Shown here piece after piece: positions 7,292 to 10,974 of a DNA stretch of 10,974 nt (position 1 is the first letter of the stretch; each line of letters starts with the position of its first letter). This DNA comes from Candidatus Anstonellales archaeon (GTDB taxonomy: Archaea; Micrarchaeota; Micrarchaeia; Anstonellales; J096). The DNA lies in the NCBI GenBank assembly GCA_038740615.1, contig JAVYLQ010000019.1, positions 1 to 10,974 on the forward strand, in the 5' to 3' direction. The notes beneath the pieces are model-generated. The model saw nothing but the letters and a program-made list of their open reading frames with translations, was not told the DNA's origin and did not search any database. The position numbers and the translations under genes were made by a program.

Positions 7292-7919
7292 TCCTCACCT
7301 TAACAATCTTAATATCCTCAAAAGGTTTGGATTGATAAAAATCAAGCTTCCCGTCGTTACTAAGAATTAAAAGAGACAGGAAGTTTTCCACTCTATCACC
7401 AGGAATATCTGAGAACATAATCTCATCAACAATCATATCCAAAAATCTCTTAAGCTTTATTTCAAAATCTTCTCGATCTGTAATAAACATATGATCAATT
7501 GGTTGTGTGTCGATTTGGATCTCAGTATTTACCCTTCTTGTTGAATTGTATCTCTTCATGTATTTTCTTATAATTTTAATCAGATATTTTAGAGATACTG
7601 GGATCTTTCTAGCAGGTCTCTTAAGCTCTCTGATTTCCTGAGTGTAATCTATATTGTCAGCAATATCTATATTACTATATTCTGGGATATTTAGCATTAG
7701 AGCTCGATATTTAAGAATTATTGCATAAGCAAGTAGCAGATCCCCAGTAATCTTAAAATCTACCTGTTCGATTCTTTCCTTTATCTTCTGAGCTAACAGC
7801 TCTAAGTCTAAATCCCATGGATCTAGCCTATTAGTCATTACCAAATCTACTAACACTCTTTTCCAATCCGATCTCTCTATAATTCTCTCTATATCCATAT
7901 TGATTATATTTACATTCAT
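7281..7919 (-). CDS. scpA: segregation/condensation protein ScpA (kleisin)
   Basis: LDPWDLDL, GDLLLAYAIILKYRA, VSL..LI, and C-terminal FLSLLIL...Q.KPFEDI. The true start may be the ATG at 7898, about 25 nt downstream of TTAAAAA at 7929-7923. Confidence 0.9.
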   Translation of the reverse strand: MNVNIINMDIERIIERSDWKRVLVDLVMTNRLDPWDLDLELLAQKIKERIEQVDFKITGDLLLAYAIILKYRALMLNIPEYSNIDIADNIDYTQEIRELKRPARKIPVSLKYLIKIIRKYMKRYNSTRRVNTEIQIDTQPIDHMFITDREDFEIKLKRFLDMIVDEIMFSDIPGDRVENFLSLLILSNDGKLDFYQSKPFEDIKIVKVRNDG

Positions 7920-7930
7920 CTATTTTTAAG

Positions 7931-7987
7931 TTTATCAGCCGCTGTCGGTCTCATCATAATTCAGAGGTTGTCTATTTCATCAACAGC
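7931..7987 (-). ncRNA. box C/D methylation-guide sRNA (sRNA-2)
   Basis: Minus strand: TTGATGA (C, 7983-7977) - AATAGACAACCT (12 nt) - CTGA (D', 7964-7961) - ATT - ATGATGA (C', 7957-7951) - GACCGACAGCGG (12 nt) - CTGA (D, 7938-7935). Near-consensus boxes, symmetric 12 nt guides, intergenic. Exact ends are uncertain. Confidence 0.92.
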
Positions 7988-8013
7988 TTTTAATTAGTGT
8001 TATATTATTAAAT
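7988..8013. promoter_or_regulatory. back-to-back TATA-like elements for sRNA-2 (-) and the peptidase (+)
   Basis: TTTTAATT (+, 7988-7995) lies about 25 nt before the ATG at 8018. TTTAATA (-, about 8013-8007) lies about 25 nt before the C box. Confidence 0.45.
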
Positions 8014-8017
8014 AGTT

Positions 8018-8890
8018 ATGCTTAGACTCTTAAATGATCTAGTAAAAATACCTACTGTAACTACCAGGGAGGAGATTTTCATTAGCAGTATATTAGAGAT
8101 CTTGCCGGATAATGCATTAATCGTAGATAAAAATATATTCATCCCAGGAAGATCTAGATTTGTATTTGCAGCACATTATGATACTATTGGTATAGTATTA
8201 GAGGATTATTTAAGTAGTGAGATGTATGTTGTTGGTAAAAGAGGATTGATAGATGTTAAAAGAGGTTATATGTTCAGAACATTATCTGATAATGAGGATA
8301 TCATTGGAATCGCTGCGGATGAAAATACCATACATTTAATCCAACCATCTGAAGAATTACCGGAGTTACAACCTTTCCAATATTATCCAAATATAATCAT
8401 CACAAATACTAAAATAATCTCTCCAAATCTAGACAATAAGCTTGGAGTTGCTGTTCTACTAGATCTCCTTAGGAATTATGATATCGCTATTCTATTATTA
8501 GCTGGAGAGGAACAGGGTACTACTAGATTGTCTAGAGTGAGAAAACATCTAGAAGGGCGTGATATAATATGCGTTGACTCCACATCAGCTATCAATCCAC
8601 ATGATGAGAGAGGTATCGATAGAGTTAGCTACAGGGCTGTGGAGGGAAGAGGTATGGGAAATATTGCTCCAAAAGATCTGGTTGAAACGATTAGAAAGTA
8701 TATCTCCAGAGAAGCAATATCCTATTCTATTCATCAGATCAGTGATGCTACTACTATGTTTAGATACGGACTTAGAGCAATAAATATCTCCTATCCAGTC
8801 AGATATTTACACAGTCCGATGGAAACTGCAGATAGGAACGATATAGATGAATTAGTTGAATTGCTAATTAATATTATACAAGATTCTTAA
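8018..8890 (+). CDS. M42 (TET/FrvX-like) family aminopeptidase, M20/M28 clan
   Basis: Metal-binding motifs AAHYD, NLDNKLG, GEEQG, CVDS and YLHSP.E, plus SDA. Confidence 0.87.
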   Translation: MLRLLNDLVKIPTVTTREEIFISSILEILPDNALIVDKNIFIPGRSRFVFAAHYDTIGIVLEDYLSSEMYVVGKRGLIDVKRGYMFRTLSDNEDIIGIAADENTIHLIQPSEELPELQPFQYYPNIIITNTKIISPNLDNKLGVAVLLDLLRNYDIAILLLAGEEQGTTRLSRVRKHLEGRDIICVDSTSAINPHDERGIDRVSYRAVEGRGMGNIAPKDLVETIRKYISREAISYSIHQISDATTMFRYGLRAINISYPVRYLHSPMETADRNDIDELVELLINIIQDS

Positions 8891-10388
8891 ACATATATCT
8901 CCCTACCAGTCTGTATCCTAGCTTTCTATAATACTCTCGAACTCCTACTGCGGAGATTACAGATATGTTTAGATTGTTGTTAATAGCTATCTCCTCAGCT
9001 CTGGCCATAAGTTTCTTACCTATGCCTCTATGTTGAACTTTACCCACTTCCCCAATTCTAGTCTCTTTTCCATATACATGTAACTCTCTAACAATCGCAG
9101 TATTTTTTATATCATCTACACTCCATTTATTAGGTAATCTCAATCTCAAGAACCCATATATCAACTCTCTATCCAAGCTCTCCATAGATATAAAATACTC
9201 TATCCCATCACTAGCCTCATATTTTATCTCATATATCTTTGCTCTATCAGGATTATATTCTAGTTCTCCTTTCCTACCAGCCTCATTAGCTCTTATCTCT
9301 TCAAGATGTATTCCAAGCTTTGTAGCGAGGTCTGTGGCTATTTCTCTAATATTCGCTCTCTTTACTCCGGCCTCTATCTTATGAGAGGGTATGTCTCGAT
9401 TTATCCTTTGGATACGAACATATCTAGGAATGTATCTAAAGATCTTTGCTAATACCTCTGCTGCAGTATCATCATCATATGGTTTATAGAGTCCGGCTCT
9501 GTAATCTAGATACAGAGGAGCTCCAGGAACTACTAGAGTCGGATATATTTTCAACATATCTGGTCTAAATCTAGGATCTTCGAACAGAATCTTAAACATC
9601 TCGATATCCCTATCAGGATCACTACCAGGTAAACCCAACATCATATGATACAGAATTTTGTATCCTGCATTTTTTAATTCCTTGGTGGACGATATCACTG
9701 CATCTAATTTATGTCCTCTCTGTATTTTTTCATAAACATCATCATAAAGCGTCTGTACACCTAATTCTATCTTAGTAGCTCCATAATATAGAAGTTCCTC
9801 TATATCATATACATCAGGTCTAGTTTCTATTGTTAATCCAACAACTCTCCTGTCTGCAGTCTCATTGTATCTCTTCGCAGATTCTAGATCTTCAGATATA
9901 TGATTGTTTACAGCATCATAGATAGATTTTATAAAATACTCCTTATACTCTCTATCCATTTCAAGGAAAGTCCCTCCCATTACAATTACATCTAGCTTTT
10001 GAGCATAATGGTTCTGTATTTCATAGTGGTGCAATCTAGTCATCACTTGCTGATAAGGATCATAATTCACGGCTCTAGCCCTTAGTGAAGTAGGCTCATA
10101 TCCTGTATAGCTCTTTGGAGCTATTGAGGAAGCAGGGCAGTAGCTACATTTCCATCGGCAAGATCCCTGAGGTTTTACCATCACAGCTACAGGTGCAACT
10201 CCAGATAGAGTTCTTGAGGGTTTTCTGAACAGTAAGTCTCTGTATCTATCTCTTAGAACACTATACAATTCAGAATTCTTAGGTATCCTATCTATCTTGG
10301 TTTCACTAGCTGCTAATCTCTTCGCCCTATCTATATCACCGTAAAGCTCTAAATACTTTATAACTGCTCTTATAAACTCACTATTCAT
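8874..10388 (-). CDS. elp3: Elp3 tRNA uridine(34) acetyltransferase (radical SAM + KAT/GNAT)
   Basis: KPSRTLSGVAPVAVM, CRWKCSYCP, PKSYTG, GGTF, ETRPD, ELGVQ, LKIYPT, RELHVYG, QHRGIG, ISAVGVREYYRKLGY. Confidence 0.97.
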   Translation of the reverse strand: MNSEFIRAVIKYLELYGDIDRAKRLAASETKIDRIPKNSELYSVLRDRYRDLLFRKPSRTLSGVAPVAVMVKPQGSCRWKCSYCPASSIAPKSYTGYEPTSLRARAVNYDPYQQVMTRLHHYEIQNHYAQKLDVIVMGGTFLEMDREYKEYFIKSIYDAVNNHISEDLESAKRYNETADRRVVGLTIETRPDVYDIEELLYYGATKIELGVQTLYDDVYEKIQRGHKLDAVISSTKELKNAGYKILYHMMLGLPGSDPDRDIEMFKILFEDPRFRPDMLKIYPTLVVPGAPLYLDYRAGLYKPYDDDTAAEVLAKIFRYIPRYVRIQRINRDIPSHKIEAGVKRANIREIATDLATKLGIHLEEIRANEAGRKGELEYNPDRAKIYEIKYEASDGIEYFISMESLDRELIYGFLRLRLPNKWSVDDIKNTAIVRELHVYGKETRIGEVGKVQHRGIGKKLMARAEEIAINNNLNISVISAVGVREYYRKLGYRLVGRYMFKNLV

Positions 10389-10974
10389 CCTGTTTTTTAA
10401 TATTTATATTTAAATTTAAAATTTTGTATAAAATAATTCCAATAATAGCTGCTGTAATTAGAATTTTTACCAACACGTTACCTGTCCAAAAACTCCCATT
10501 GATCCATAAGTGTATAATTAATACAGCAGCAGCTAAGTAACTAAGAACTCTATGGATCGACTTCCACATTCTACCCAATCTCCTGATAATTACATCATAA
10601 GAAGTAATAGCCAATATCATTAGAGATGTGAAAGCTATCATTCCAGCAAACAATCCAGGGAATCTTGGATTGTTCAGAATTGCAGAGATATTAAAATTGA
10701 AATAATTTAATTGAACCAATATTACATGTATCAGAGCAAATACAAAAACATTCAATCCAATCCACTTTCTGTTGGATAATAGAGATGAAGTTAGAGTGGA
10801 GGGGAATTTGGAGTAAAGTATTGGTATTATCAATACAAATATCAATCCTAACAGAGAGACTGTTCCAAAGCTTGATATGAGAAATTTTGTTCGCTGTAGA
10901 TTATTTTCTATAAGTATTGAACTAGCTAGTATCATTATAATTATAAACAATCCTATGCCAAGTACTAGATCCCT
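10381..10974 (-). CDS. ferric-reductase-like transmembrane heme b protein (MsrQ/YedZ-like), 5'-partial
   Basis: RKWIGL...F.LIH, LAITS, LG..WKSIHR..Y......IH heme-ligand pattern with about 6 TM helices. The frame stays open beyond the track's TTG at 10950 (RDLVLGIG) to the window edge. Confidence 0.85.
   Translation of the reverse strand, partial: RDLVLGIGLFIIIMILASSILIENNLQRTKFLISSFGTVSLLGLIFVLIIPILYSKFPSTLTSSLLSNRKWIGLNVFVFALIHVILVQLNYFNFNISAILNNPRFPGLFAGMIAFTSLMILAITSYDVIIRRLGRMWKSIHRVLSYLAAAVLIIHLWINGSFWTGNVLVKILITAAIIGIILYKILNLNINIKKQDE

Noticed and set aside
7140..7370. 76 aa + strand ORF
   Set aside because: Antisense across the scpA/scpB junction.
8574..8783. 69 aa alternative-frame ORF
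   Set aside because: Nested in the M42 peptidase, with no independent evidence.
1..10974. CRISPR array, IS element, tRNA or rRNA genes
   Set aside because: No regularly spaced repeats, transposase, terminal inverted repeats or cloverleaf-like GC-rich segments were seen. All intergenic gaps are under 100 bp and are explained by promoters or sRNAs.

Overview
AT-rich, very gene-dense archaeal chromosomal segment. Streamlined, divergent proteins and short TATA-to-ATG distances suggest a DPANN/Micrarchaeota-like lineage; this is inference only. It encodes a site-2 (M50) protease, a beta-CASP ribonuclease, a bPH_2 membrane protein, KEOPS subunit Pcc1, a LonB-like AAA+ ATPase with a Zn-ribbon and no protease domain, an M24 peptidase, archease, ScpB, ScpA, an M42-like peptidase, Elp3 and an MsrQ-like heme membrane protein, plus hypothetical proteins. 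The main signal missed by the ORF track is two complete double-guide box C/D sRNA genes on the minus strand, in the only two ~90-100 bp intergenic gaps (about 2982-3033 and 7935-7983). The first sits directly against the Shine-Dalgarno of the beta-CASP nuclease gene. No mobile elements, CRISPR arrays, tRNAs or rRNAs were seen.
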